Shown: one piece after another, positions 43,320-57,070 of the stretch
Layout of the letters: each line of letters starts with the position of its first letter
Numbering within the stretch: the stretch's first letter is position 1
From: the human T2T-CHM13v2.0 reference genome, Homo sapiens
Length of the DNA: 64,000 nt
Reading direction: 5' to 3' (one strand)
Assembly: GCF_009914755.1 (NCBI RefSeq)
Contig: NC_060948.1
Program-made: the position numbers and the translations under genes
Notes under the pieces: generated by a model
The model's input: only the letters and a program-made list of their open reading frames with translations
The model's database searches: none
What the model was told of the DNA's origin: nothing

Positions 43320-43611
43320 TTTTTTGAGACAGGCATCACTGTCAACCCAGGCTAGAATGCAGTAACATGATTTTAGCTTACAGTAGTGTTGAACTCCTGG
43401 GATCAAGTGTTGTTCCCACCTCAGCCTCCAAGGTAGCTAGGACTACAGGCATGCACCAACATATCTGGCTTTTTTTTTTTTTTTTTTTTAACTTTTGTAG
43501 AGGCTCTCACTATGTTTCCCAGGCTAGTCTCAAACTCCTGGACTCAAGCAACCCTCCCACTTGAGCCCTCCCAAGTCACTGGTATTACAGACAAAAGCCA
43601 CTGTGCCCAGC
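43320..43611 (-). mobile_element. AluJ
   Basis: diverged Alu, AluJ-type positions. Confidence 0.85.
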
Positions 43612-44113
43612 TGCTAATTTTATTTTAAAGAAACCATTATGTCTTAGATCATTTAAGATAAAAAGAAGAGTTTTTATGTTACCTTCATGCATTACTTACA
43701 GAATGCTTTTCTTTTGAAGATGTTTCTGTTGTATATCATTTTTCTACTCTCAGAAAAACTTGCAGAGCAGATACATTGACAACAAATTCTCTTAACTTTT
43801 GTCTGAGCAAGTTTCTATTTCTCCACTTTTTAAGTATACTTTTGCAGAATACAGAATTCTAGATAGGTAGTTGTTTTCTCTCAACACTTATAGATATTTT
43901 ATTCCAGTCTCTTGCTTATATGATTTCTTAGACCAAACCCAGTGTAATTCTAATCATTGCTTTGCTTATAGGTAAGATGTTTGCCTGTAGCATGTTTCAA
44001 ACTTTTTATTTTTCATCTTCTGCAATTTGAATGTATTTCTAGATGTACTCTTTTTTTTGTTTTTTTTTTTTTTTTTGGCATTTATCTAGCTTGGAATTCT
44101 CTGAGCTTCCTGA

Positions 44114-44608
<495 letters not shown>

Positions 44609-44726
44609 TGAATCTTTTTTAGAATTTCTCTCTCTTTGCTTACATTAACTACCTTCTCATGTCATCTACTTTATTCATTAGAGCCCTTAGTGCATTAATG
44701 GTAGTTATATTTCCATCTGATAAATC

Positions 44727-45031
44727 TTTTTATTTGGAGACAGGCTATCACTGTGTTTCCCAGGCTGGAGTGCGGTGGCGGGATCTTGGCTCACCACAGT
44801 CTCTCCCTCGTGTGCTGAAGCTATTCTCCCATGTCAGCCTCCCAAGTAGCTGAGACTACAGGCATGTGCTACCACGCCTGGCTGATTTTTGTGTTTTTTT
44901 TTTTTTTTTTTTGTAGAGATGGGGTTTTACCATGTTGCCCAGCCAAGTCTTGAACTCCTGGATTCAAGCTACCCACCTGCAATCGCCTCCCAAAGTGCTG
45001 GCATTACAGGCTTGAGTCACTGCGTCCGGCC
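44727..45031 (-). mobile_element. AluJ
   Basis: TSD TCCATCTG(A/T)TAAATCT. Confidence 0.85.
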
Positions 45032-45600
45032 TCCATCTGTTAAATCTAACATTCCTGTTACATCTGAGTATGAATTTGATGCTTGCTCTGTCTCTTCAAA
45101 CAGTTTTTTTGTCTTTTAGTATGCATTGTAATTTTTTCTTCAGAGATGCACATTAAGTACTATGTAGAAAGGAACTTTGGCAGATGGGCTCTAGTAATGT
45201 ACTACTGGTAAGGTATTCGGGTAGGGGAAGCAATCTGTAATCTTACGATTAAGTCTCAATGTCGTAGTGAGCCTGTGGCCTTTGGGCTGTGGCTTAGATG
45301 GAACATGATGGGTATAGGGAGCTGGAATTGGAGTTTTTAGTTCTACCATGTAGAATGCTGTAGCAGGCTAGAGTTGAGTATTTTTTTTCCTTTAGGTCTC
45401 TTAGTCATTAAAAAACCTCAGTAGTATAAACTAGTTTCTCTTGAGGGCTTTCTTTTAACAGAACAGAATGTCCTTATGTATTTCAAAATGGCTACTTTGC
45501 ATCTTTCCCTCCGAGAAGCTCAAGGGACTTTTTTCTTATCTTTTCAGGGAAAGGTTAAAAAAAAAATTGTTCATTCCCATAAAATTTGGCTTCTTAGTAG

Positions 45601-45889
45601 TTTTTTTTTTTTTTGAGAGGGAGTCTCGCTGCGTTTCCCAGGCTGTGGTGCAGTGGTGCGATGTCGGCTCACTGCAACCACCGCCTCCCAGGTTCAAGCA
45701 ATTCTCTGCCTCAGCTTCCTGAGTAGCTGGGAATACAAGCACCACCACCCCTAGCTTATTTTTGTATTTTTAGTAGAGATGGAGTTTTACCATCTTGGCC
45801 AGGCTGCTCTTGAACTCCTGACGTCATGATCCACCCACTTCAGCCTCCCAAAGTGTTGGGATTACACAAGTGAGCCACCACGCCCAGCC
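45601..45889 (-). mobile_element. AluS
   Basis: TSD TCTTAGT(A/G)GTTTTT. Confidence 0.88.
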
Positions 45890-46329
45890 TCTTAGTGGTT
45901 TTTAACTTGCATTGCATACTTCCCACCATGAGCCTTCAATAATTCTTTAATTACAGTTTAGGTTATCATACCTTGGGACTGGTTGCCACAGAGGTTTAAG
46001 ATCTACTCAGATTGTCTATTTCTTTATAACTTGTTCTTGGCGTAGATTGTATGCCTCTGGGAATTTGTCCTTTTATCCAGGTCATGCAGTTTGCTGAGAT
46101 ACAGTGGTTTATAGGATGCACTGATAATCCTTAACTTTTTTGTATAAAATTCATTAATGCCTCTTTTATTTTTAATATTAATTATTTGACTCTTCTCTTT
46201 TTCTTAGTCAATCTAGCTAAAGGTTTAGCAGCTCTTTATTTTTTTCAGGAACAGAATTTTGATTTCATTGGTTTTTCTTAGTTGTTTTTCTAGTCTCTAT
46301 TTTGCTTACATCTGTGCTCGCTTTTGCTT

Positions 46330-46630
46330 TAATGTGTCACTTAATGAAGGCATATGTTCTGAGAAATGCATTGTCAGGTGATTTCACTGTCTTGCAAACA
46401 TCATAGTGTGCTTACACAAACCTGGATGGTATAACCTACTACACATGTAGGCCAGTTATTGCCCTAGGCTACTAACCTGTTAGCATGAGTTGAATATGGT
46501 AGGCAATTGTAATACAATGGTAAGTTCTAAACAGAAAAAATTTAGTAAAAATGGACTATTGCAATATTATGAGATGACCATTGTATATTTAGTTCATCTT
46601 GAATGAAATGTTTTGTGGAGCATGGATGTA
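46330..46630. mobile_element. Tigger3-like TcMar relic
   Basis: TTCTGAGAAATGCATTGTCAGGTGATTTCA...CTTACACAAACCTGGATGGTATAACCTACTACAC. Confidence 0.75.
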
Positions 46631-46824
46631 TTTTGTTATTCTTTTAGTTCTTTAAGGTGCAAATTTGGTTGTTGATTTGAGATCTTTTTTTAAAGTACTT
46701 TATAAGGTTTCCTCAGCACTGGTTCTGCTCTATCCCATAAATTTGGCATTTTTTCATTTTCATTTGCCTCACATATTATATAGTTTCTATAGGATTTCTC
46801 CTCTTTGATGGATGGGCCATTTAA

Positions 46825-47185
<361 letters not shown>

Positions 47186-47356
47186 TCTTCTGCTATTGAT
47201 TTCTACTTTAATTGTATCCTGATCTGAAAAGAAACTTTTTATGAGTTAAGTCTTCCTATATTTGTTAAGATTTGTTTTGTGGCATTACGTATCCTGATGC
47301 ATGTTCCATGTGCCCTTGCAAAGAATGTGTATTCTGCTACTGTTGTGTATGTAGAG

Positions 47357-47650
47357 CAGGAATCCCTAGTCCCCAGGTCGGACCAGTACCACACTGTGGC
47401 CTGTTAGGAAGCAGGTCGTACAGCAGAAGGTGAGCATCAGGCTGGTGAGCGAGCATTACCATCTGAGCCCCAACTCCTGTCAGATCAATGGCAGCATTAG
47501 ATTCTCATAGGAGCATGAACCTTACTGTGAACTATGCATGCGAGGGATGTAGGTTGCGTGCTCCTTATGAGAAATCTAGTATCTCATGATCACAGGTTTC
47601 ATCCTGAACCCTCCCACCCCTCAACTGGCTCCATCCATGGAAAAATTATT
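47357..47650. mobile_element. MER1A/B-like element, opposite orientation to the one at 41179
   Basis: GTGGCCTGTTAGGAA...GGCAGCATTAGATTCTCATAGGAGC...TCCATGGAAAAATT. Confidence 0.8.
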
Positions 47651-49957
47651 AATTATTGTTGTTAATCTCTTACTGTGCCTGATTTATGAACTTTAACTTT
47701 ATCATAGATATGTATGGATAGGCTTGACTGTGACTGTGGTGGGTCCATTTCCACAATGGTTTCCTCACATGGCGGTTGGGTAGAGGCCTGTTTCTTAACC
47801 ATGCGGATCCCCTCGTAGGGCTGCCTGAGTGACTTCAGACATGGCAGTTAACCTCTGCCAGAGAAATTGACCTAAAAGAGAGGGAAGAAAAAGCCATGAT
47901 ACCTTTCATGACCTAGACTCACAAATCACATTGTCATTTCCAAAGTATCCCTATCTGTACGTTCTAGGCCAGAAACACACCTAAGGGTTATGTTCATATG
48001 ACATCATTAATCTGAAAGTTTACTTACATTATTATTACCTTTCCATTTTAGAGAATATAACTATTTTCTCACTGGCCAGAATGGGGTTGGTTAATTCAAG
48101 CTTAGAGACTGTTGAATCAGAGATAGGTAAGATTCAGTGGTCTTCTATTTTGTTCTTCCTTTTCAGTAGACCATAGTGGGGCTCTTCCCATTGTTTCAGT
48201 GAAACAATGGTGAAATGTTTCACTCTCTTCTTTGGAGGCCACCATTAGGTTTTATTATTCCCAACTATGGCATAATATCCTGATAGGAAATCCTGATTTC
48301 CTATATCCTGATAGGAAATCAAACTTTCTGCTTCAAGCCTTGTAAATAATGTGTTAAAGTTATGCTGAAGCTCATCTTCCCACACTTTCTGTGACTTTCC
48401 ACACTTTCCGTGATTTTCCACCTGCATCTGCAGTGGATTTTGAGCTAGTTTTGAGCCTGCTGCCCATATCCACTGTAGGCAGAATTGTATTGGAATGAAA
48501 TCATTAATCGCAGTTATCTTGTCTATATGTTTCTGGAGTATTCCGTTTTTCTTACCCAGGTAGCTTCTGCAGTTTTTTAAGCAAGCAACTAATTTTAGCC
48601 ACTTCTCAGTTATAGGCAGATGCAGTAATCTGTTGCTAAGTATCACATCTGACTTGGAAGTTGAAACCCACGTGCATGTGCTTTTTGTTTCTCTTGCTTT
48701 TTAAATTTCTATTTGTTTGGCTACAGACAGTAAACGTCACTTGGTTTATACATAATGTATGCATAATATACAGGTATTGGGTTTGACAAATGAAAGACTG
48801 TAACCAGCAGTATAATGAACATGTAAAATACAAAAATTTATTTGCACTGCCCTTGTATATTTAAGTCTTCCATTTTCAGTTCCTGGCAACTGCTGATCTG
48901 CTCTTCATTTGTATGTTTTGCCTTTTTCTTTTTCTTTTGTTTCCTTAACTAGAGATAGGGTCTCCCTATGTTGTCCAGGCTGGTCTCAAACTCCTGGGTT
49001 TAATCAGTCCTCCCATCTTCACCTCCCAAAATGCTGGTATTACGGATGTGAGCTACCATACCGCATAGTTTGTCTTTTCTAAATCATGCTGACTTAATCT
49101 TTCGAGATTTTGCATTATGCATTTAGTATTCTTCCATATTGTTACATGCAACAAAAGTTTTTTCCTGTCAATTGCTGAGTAGTATTTTATTGCATAAATG
49201 TACTAGTTTGTCCATTTGCCTGTTGAAGGACAGTTGGGTGACTGAAAGACTGAAAAAGAAATAAATAACTATAATTTCAGTTTCTGAGTACAGACTTGTA
49301 ACCACCAGTATAATGGTTCTGAGTACAGAAACTGATATTACAGTTTTAAAATCTTGCAATAAAGAAAACATAGGAAAGTTCTATTAAACATTTAAGAAAT
49401 GAGGTCAATTCTATACAGTCCTCTTCCAGACATACTTTTCAATTTCATCTTCCTAAAACATAATTGGTATTTGTAAGGAAGACATTTATGTGTTGCTTAA
49501 GTTAAATATTTTAATCTCTTTAATTATGAGGTGTTAATTCTTGATGTTTTGAGGAATCCAGCTTCATTGCCTTTTCTTATTTGTCTCTCTCAAGGGAAAC
49601 TGAGGAAGAAGAAGAGTAACAGCAATAGGAACCTGTAATCCCTAGTTAGGAATTTTTGTGTCTAAACTATTGGTTATTATTAAGGAACGAAGAGTTTTTT
49701 TGGAACAGATTGTGAATCTATAATTATAATCTATAATCTAAGTTTAAAAAAGTAGGTTTGTACAGAATTTATGTAGTATATAGTCAAACTAAATTATTAG
49801 AACCTAAATTGATGAAGACACTGTAAACACAAAGGTGCATGTGAGGGTGAAGATTAGTGTTATCTTTGATAATGTAGTTTGGGAATATAGCCTTAAAAGG
49901 AATAGTTTATCTTGTTTAGTTAGTCATTACTTCAGTATCCTATCCTTAAGGAGATAA

Positions 49958-50363
<406 letters not shown>

Positions 50364-50374
50364 GCCATTAGTTA

Positions 50375-50696
<322 letters not shown>

Positions 50697-50866
50697 ATTC
50701 TTAATCATGAGGGAAAATACTTCTGTATTAACCAAATTAAATTTTAAAAAGATAAACATTGTGACCCTAGTTTTATTAAATATTTGGGCATATATATGGA
50801 TACTTAAAAATAGATATTTTTCCTTAATCTGTGGTTTAAATTTGGAATATTTAATTTTTAATTAAG

Positions 50867-51015
50867 ACTTCATCACCTGATTCTTCCAATGAGAATTCCG
50901 TAGCAACTCCTCCTCCAGAGGAACAAGGGCAAGGTGATGCCCCACCACAGCATGAAGATGAAGAGCCTGCATTTCCACATACTGAGCTGGCAAACCTGGA
51001 TGACATGATCAACAG
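50867..51015 (+). CDS. USP9Y: USP9Y coding exon 2 ([20 protein letters not shown]...LDDMINR)
   Basis: attaag|ACT acceptor, CAG|gtgcat donor; 149 nt, open and in frame with the previous exon. Confidence 0.96.
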
Positions 51016-52384
51016 GTGCATTTGTTTGGATTTGTTTTATTAATGGATGCAGTAAACTAGAAAAGCAAAACTACTTCCAGCATTGCAACTAGTAGTAAAT
51101 GAGAAAAAGAAAAGAGTAGATTGTAGTGTCTCAAGTCTTACTATTTTAATAGCCTGAACATTTTAGTCCTAGCTGAACACTTTGCAGCTCATTGTACTTA
51201 ATGCAGGCATTTCTTATGGATTTTAAATATTGGAAGGTAATGACAATATGAATACAGTTTCAGATTAATGATGCTTTATGAACCCTTCCTGTGTTTCTAG
51301 CCTAGACAAATAGGTAGGTATTTTGTTTTGAATGTTTACAAACATTTCTCTTTGATAAGAACTTTATACCAGAGTTCTGGAGAACTTTTCTCACTTGTGG
51401 AATGTCCATTTGCTACAGCAGAGACCTTATTGCAGAAGGTTGTATTGCTTCTTTCTCTGTTTTGTTTAGCGGTTGCTGATTTCTGTTAGAGTGTATTTTT
51501 CATAAGGACTAGAGAACTGAAACTGTTAGTAAATCCTTAGTGGCAGACAGAAAAGATTTTTTTTTTGTATATATAAAAGCAACAAAAAGGATAGAATCAG
51601 TTTACCTTTAATAGATTATATGTATTGAGGCATCTTTTTAAAAACGAAAAGAGATATTTGGGAATTTTGCTGTTTCTTAGTACAGGGATTAAGGGACAGG
51701 TGAAAGAAAGTTATTTCTGGGGAGTAGTGGGTTTGTCAGTAGACATAGTTGCAGAAAGCTGAACTTTTTACAAAAGTAAGGAATGTACCAGGTGAGTGTG
51801 TGGTGCCCTTTGCATCACTTTTTAATGTGGGAGTGTACTTAAGATGGCATAGTGGCTTTCTGTATTGCCTTTTGATATGGGAATGTACGTATGACAGTAG
51901 GTTTAGAGGCCCACACCTGAGACGTGATCTTTAGGAAAAGGTGAGATAAATGTTTTGTTGAGATCTAATTTCTTTTGTCTTTGTGAAGAGGAGTAAAACA
52001 AAACACTTGCCACAGTGTGTCCTTTCACTAATAAATATGAGCCCCCAAAGAGCGTTTTCCTACTAATAAAAGGTATACATTTAATTGATAATTGTATAGG
52101 TTAGTTTTAGTATTCTAGAGAAGCTATTAAAAGAATTCCCTGCCATTGCTATATCTCATTTGACAGTGCCTAAAAAAATTCAGTATATAGACACAATAGA
52201 TGTCTCTTAGTTTTCCAATGTAGATAATTTGCCTACTTCTTTTTAGAAGTCTATATGGTGAATATAATATAGGCAGAATTTCTCACTTTTTCATAGTAAC
52301 AGTAACTATGGTAGGTAACTTATTTATAGTGTTCCTTTACTATGAAACCAGTAAAGCCTCTTTTTGTTTTATAATAATCCTTAG

Positions 52385-52464
52385 GCCTCGATGGGTGGTT
52401 CCTGTTTTGCCAAAAGGGGAATTAGAAGTGCTTTTAGAAGCTGCTATTGATCTTAGTGTAAAAG
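52385..52464 (+). CDS. USP9Y: USP9Y coding exon 3 ([26 protein letters not shown])
   Basis: ccttag|G acceptor, AAG|gtgagt donor; 80 nt; completes the split AG/G Arg codon. Confidence 0.97.
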
Positions 52465-52612
52465 GTGAGTGTGGATGTACATTTTCTATAATACGTGCTC
52501 CTATATATACTTACACCTTGTTCTTAAAGGCTTTTCATCCCTCTGTTATAAAGGTACTGTTTATTCCTAGTTTATAATGTGTCACAAACCTTCCTGGTAA
52601 GGATTATTTTAC

Positions 52613-52642
52613 ATATATACATGCATATTATATATACTTATT

Positions 52643-52673
<31 letters not shown>

Positions 52674-52683
52674 CACACACACA
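52613..52683. repeat. (CA)n/(TA)n compound microsatellite
   Basis: direct reading. Confidence 0.9.
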
Positions 52684-52878
52684 GACAAATATACATACTT
52701 CCCTATAGTAAAGGTTCATAGAAATCTTTAGATAGCCTTTAGGGATACCTGGAGCCATTTAAGTATTATGTATAATTTTATGTGTACAACCATATTTCTA
52801 AGGTGAGAATATATATTTTTTAAATTTTTAAAAAGATTGTTATCCAGAAGTTAGAAAATATTTTCCAGAATATGAGGA

Positions 52879-52921
52879 GGGGATATAGCTCAGGGTTAGA
52901 GCATCAGACTGCGGACCAAGA
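52879..52921 (+). pseudogene. 5' half tRNA-Cys(GCA) tailless retrocopy
   Basis: GGGGATATAGCTCAGGGTTAGAGCATCAGACTGCGGACCAAGA, about 37/43 to the recalled tRNA-Cys 5' sequence; flanked by a 23-bp direct repeat. Confidence 0.85.
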
Positions 52922-53135
52922 AAATATTTTCCAGAATATGATAGTTCTAAAGTCTGCTATATGAAGTAATGTGCATTAAAGCATATTTTACAGTTTACAA
53001 AGTGCTGCATAGAGGGTTTATTGTATGACATCATATATATTTGGTGACCTTTTTACACTTAAGTCACATGTGATTGAGAAATATGTTAATTTGTGATTGA
53101 GAAGTATGTTAATTTGTAAATAATTTTGCCAATTA

Positions 53136-53308
53136 TTTTTATTTATTTTATTTTATTTTTTTGAGATAGATTCTTACTTTGTCACCCAGGCTGGAGTCAG
53201 TGGCGTGATATCAGCTCACTGCAACCTCCGCCTCCTAGGTTCAAGTGATTCTCTAGCCTCAGCCCCCCAAGTAGCTGGGATTACAGCAATGAGCCACCAC
53301 ACCCGGCC
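53136..53308 (-). mobile_element. Alu single-arm element (internal deletion or monomer)
   Basis: right-arm sequence joined at GATTACAG to the Alu 5' end. Confidence 0.75.
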
Positions 53309-53626
53309 AGCCCCATCTATTTGTTTTTTACATGCAAATCACTATTTCACTAATATTGAGTGTATATGTTTAGTAAACTGTCTAGCTTACATATTTAGCT
53401 TTTTTTTCTTCTTAACACAGAGTTGAAGCGTTTTTCTTAAAAAGAAAAACGTCTTAAAAGATGAAGCCTTAATATAAAAAAAAAAAGCAACCTATGAAGA
53501 AAATTTGATATTTTTACTCTCAGCCACAAGTAAAAGCTTTGGGTTTGAATGAAGCATTTTGGATGATTTTGTTGTAATAATAGGTGCAATAAAATTCATG
53601 GATGAGCCATTTTTGTAATATTTTGT

Positions 53627-53963
53627 ATTATTTTATTTTTATTTTATTTTATTATATTTTATTTTATTTTATTTTTTTTTTTTTTGAGACAGAGTTTCAC
53701 TCTGTCTCCCAGGCTGGAGTGCAGTAGGGCGATCTTGGCTCACTGCAAGCTTCGCCTCCTGGTTCATGCCATTCTCCTGCCTCAGCCTCCCGGTAGCTGG
53801 GACTACAGGCGCCCACCACCATGCCTGGCTAATTTTTTGTATTTTTAGTAGAGACGGGGTTTCACAGTGTTAGCCAGGATGGTCTTTATCTCCTGACCTC
53901 ATGATCCGCCCACCTCGGCCTCCCAAAGTGCTGGGATTACAGGCGTGAGCCAGCGCCCCCGGT
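53627..53963 (-). mobile_element. AluY-like with (ATTTT)n tail
   Basis: Alu consensus. Confidence 0.9.
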
Positions 53964-54572
53964 GAATACTGTGTATTTTTTTAAGGACTTGAAAGCTGTA
54001 AGAAGGGTCAGAAGTATTTAATTTTTGTGTCATTCAGCAGGAACTTAACTGTCAGTGTTGTTAGACAAATTTTTAATTCCTTTGGTATCCTGTAAAGTGT
54101 TTCTGTTGCCGAGTCTGACTCTGTGGTGGTATTGATAATTTCATTTAACTAATAACTATCCTACTGTCATTTAACGACTGTTATGTTGTTTTACTGATCT
54201 TACCAATATGTGATCTAGTGACCTCTGAAAATATTTTACCAGATTGAAAATATTTCTCCTCATTTAAATTTCTTTTGTTAATTGCATATTTATTAATTGA
54301 GCAAATGTCAAGGACTTCTGTACTAGGTATGTTCTAGGGTCTAACACTACAAAATGAACAAAAACTGGAAATGGTATTTCATTTCATAGCATTGATATTC
54401 AGTGGATGTATGTCATTTGCAGGGACTTTTCCTCTGTTATTCTGAGATCGTGATTACTGTAAGATAAAACTAGTTTAAATGATAGAGTAGTATGTATATA
54501 ATTCAAATCAAAATATATCTCCTTGTACATATTTAATATGTTTTGAGTTGCTTTAAGAGTTACAGGTTTTCT

Positions 54573-54863
54573 GGCTGGGTGCAGTGATCCTGTAATCCCT
54601 GTAATCCCAGCACTGTGGGAGGCCAAGGTGGGAAGATCACCTGAGGTCAGGTGTTTGAGACCAGCCTGGCCAATATGGCAAAACCCTGTCTGTACAAAAA
54701 CTACAAAAAGTAGCCAGGCATGGTGGTGCATGCCTATAATCCCAGCTACTTGAAGGCTGAGGCAGGAGAATTTTTTAAACCTGGGAAGTGGAGATTGCAG
54801 TGAGCTGAGGTTGTGCCACTGTACTTCAGTCTGGGAAATAGAGCAAGACTCTTCAACAGAAAA
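54573..54863 (+). mobile_element. AluS
   Basis: Alu consensus with duplicated CCTGTAATC. Confidence 0.88.
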
Positions 54864-55389
54864 CACTTGTAAGTTTTATTTTTTGATAGAGGCACATGGA
54901 TCTTGCTTTTCTTAAATCAGGTAAAGGTAAAAAGAAAAAAGAAACTTAAGATTTGCCTCTTAAATTTGATGATAAATGGGCAATTTACCGGGAAAAATCA
55001 GATTTTTTAATTGTCACTTTTTAATTTTCACAGATTTTTTACTGTATTTCAGTAATTAAAATTCTATGAAATGGTTCAATTCCCTGTCTACTAGTGAACA
55101 TTCTTTTTCTGATGTCATATTTTCAAGCTGTTTCATTGAGTTACATTACTTGATTTGATGTAGTTTATACAACTGTTTCTAAAATTTCCTGAATATTATA
55201 TTTCCTTCCTTTTTCTGAAATCCCATGTTTTTTCACCTTTTTAACATTTTATAATGTCATGTCTCATTTCAAAAGCCACAACACTATTTGTGAATTGGAG
55301 ACCATAATAGTTTCTAGCAATTTACTATGTTTAATCATAATTGGCCAAATAATTTTTTTTAAACATTCTTTGTTTGGCTCGTTTTTTAG

Positions 55390-55502
55390 GCCTTGATGTT
55401 AAAAGTGAAGCATGCCAACGTTTTTTTCGAGATGGACTAACAATATCTTTCACTAAAATTCTTATGGATGAGGCTGTGAGTGGCTGGAAGTTTGAAATTC
55501 AT
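55390..55502 (+). CDS. USP9Y: USP9Y coding exon 4 ([16 protein letters not shown]...WKFEIH)
   Basis: ttttag|GC acceptor, CAT|gtgagt donor; 113 nt; phase consistent. Confidence 0.97.
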
Positions 55503-56851
55503 GTGAGTCTTGTATTTCATTTCTGGGACTCAGATTTACATGGTGATTCCTGTGGATTTGTTTTTGAAAAATACTTCTGTGCGTAACATATTAACATATC
55601 AAGTCTGCTGATATATACTGCATAATTGAAGGTTAGCATGGTCTTTAAGAATGAGCTTGCGGTTTTGATTTAGTAAACCTTTGTTTAACCTGTCCCCTGA
55701 AATTTCAACAACCTTGTAACCTTACACACAACACAGTGTATTTCATCAAATGCAAGATAGTATTGATTGGAAGAGGCACTACTATTTTGTAGCACTTGAG
55801 GTCAAAAATACTTAAGCAGACTCTCAATGTAGCTGGGATAACAAAGGATATAATTTCAGTGCAAATGTAAATGGTAAAGAAACTCACTATGCACAAATGT
55901 AAAGCAAAGAAACTATTTTCCAGAGTATAATAGTTCTAAAGTCAGTTATGTAATGTGCAGAGAATGAAAGAAAGAAGATTGGTAGAGAAAGAAGACCCCC
56001 TGTCTTGGAAATTTAGACCAGAAACCAGTATTCACACAATTTTGTGATACGAATTCATACTTAGAGTTTTGATGCCAAAAAAGTCAAATAGAATTTAATA
56101 CATTCTCAGATTAGCAGTATCTTCAAGTGACAGGTAAAAGGAAACACAAGTAATCTCAGGTAATATTGCAAATCTAGTACCTAGGTATATATTGCAGTCT
56201 GCCAACTATCTTGATTCTATTATAAGATACCTTCATATTTCAGAGATTTTAAAAATGACAAAAACTAAAGTATCTTTACTGAATTACTGTACATACTTCA
56301 GGCCTCTGGTTCTTTTTTAGAAAATGCAGTTAACCAAAAGTTATGAATCAAATATATACTTTTTGATGACCTCAACCTAAAAAATACAACTTAGACATTT
56401 TCCACAAATGACCATGGCATGCATATGCCAGCAGCTCTGAATTGACCTATAACTTTTTTGTAGGGGTGGAAATTGAAATTTTGAAAATATGTGACTTTTG
56501 AGTTGAGATGTTGATAACAAAACTTTAAAGGTTTCCTCTAAAGTACAAATTCCAGAGAGAAAAGTGGCAATTTGTGTGTCCTGTAGACATAAAGCAGAAA
56601 TAGACAAACTGTGGTACCTACTTTATTTGTTACATTTCTCAAATAGCTTTTGAAATTAAGTGCAAATTTATGAAATAAATATTAATTTATCTTTACCAAT
56701 GTATTACTTTGATCCCAATATTAGTGAAATTATGCAGAATTAAGATGACCAGTGCAGAAAAATGGAAAGAGATTATTAATAAAAATTAAATGTGTTTGAA
56801 ATTGCAATGTGTTCTTATTATAAACTGTATCATATCCTATCCATGTAACAG

Positions 56852-57070
56852 AGATGTATTATTAACAATACTCATCGCCTAGTGGAGCTTTGTGTGGCCA
56901 AGTTGTCCCAAGATTGGTTTCCACTTCTAGAACTTCTCGCCATGGCCTTAAATCCTCACTGCAAGTTTCATATCTACAATGGTACACGTCCGTGTGAATT
57001 AATTTCCTCAAATGCTCAGTTGCCTGAAGATGAATTATTTGCTCGTTCTTCAGATCCTCGATCACCAAAA
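56852..57070 (+). CDS. USP9Y: USP9Y coding exon 5 ([29 protein letters not shown]...DPRSPK), aa 147-219
   Basis: taacag|AGA acceptor, AAA|gtgcgt donor; 219 nt, symmetric phase 0; gene continues beyond the window. Confidence 0.97.

Noticed and set aside
52879-52921. Functional tRNA gene
   Set aside because: Lacks the T arm/B box and the 3' acceptor strand, and the anticodon position reads GCG
53069-53114. 23-bp tandem duplication (similar short duplications near 49275-49330 and 62356-62381)
   Set aside because: Ordinary slippage duplications with no sign of function
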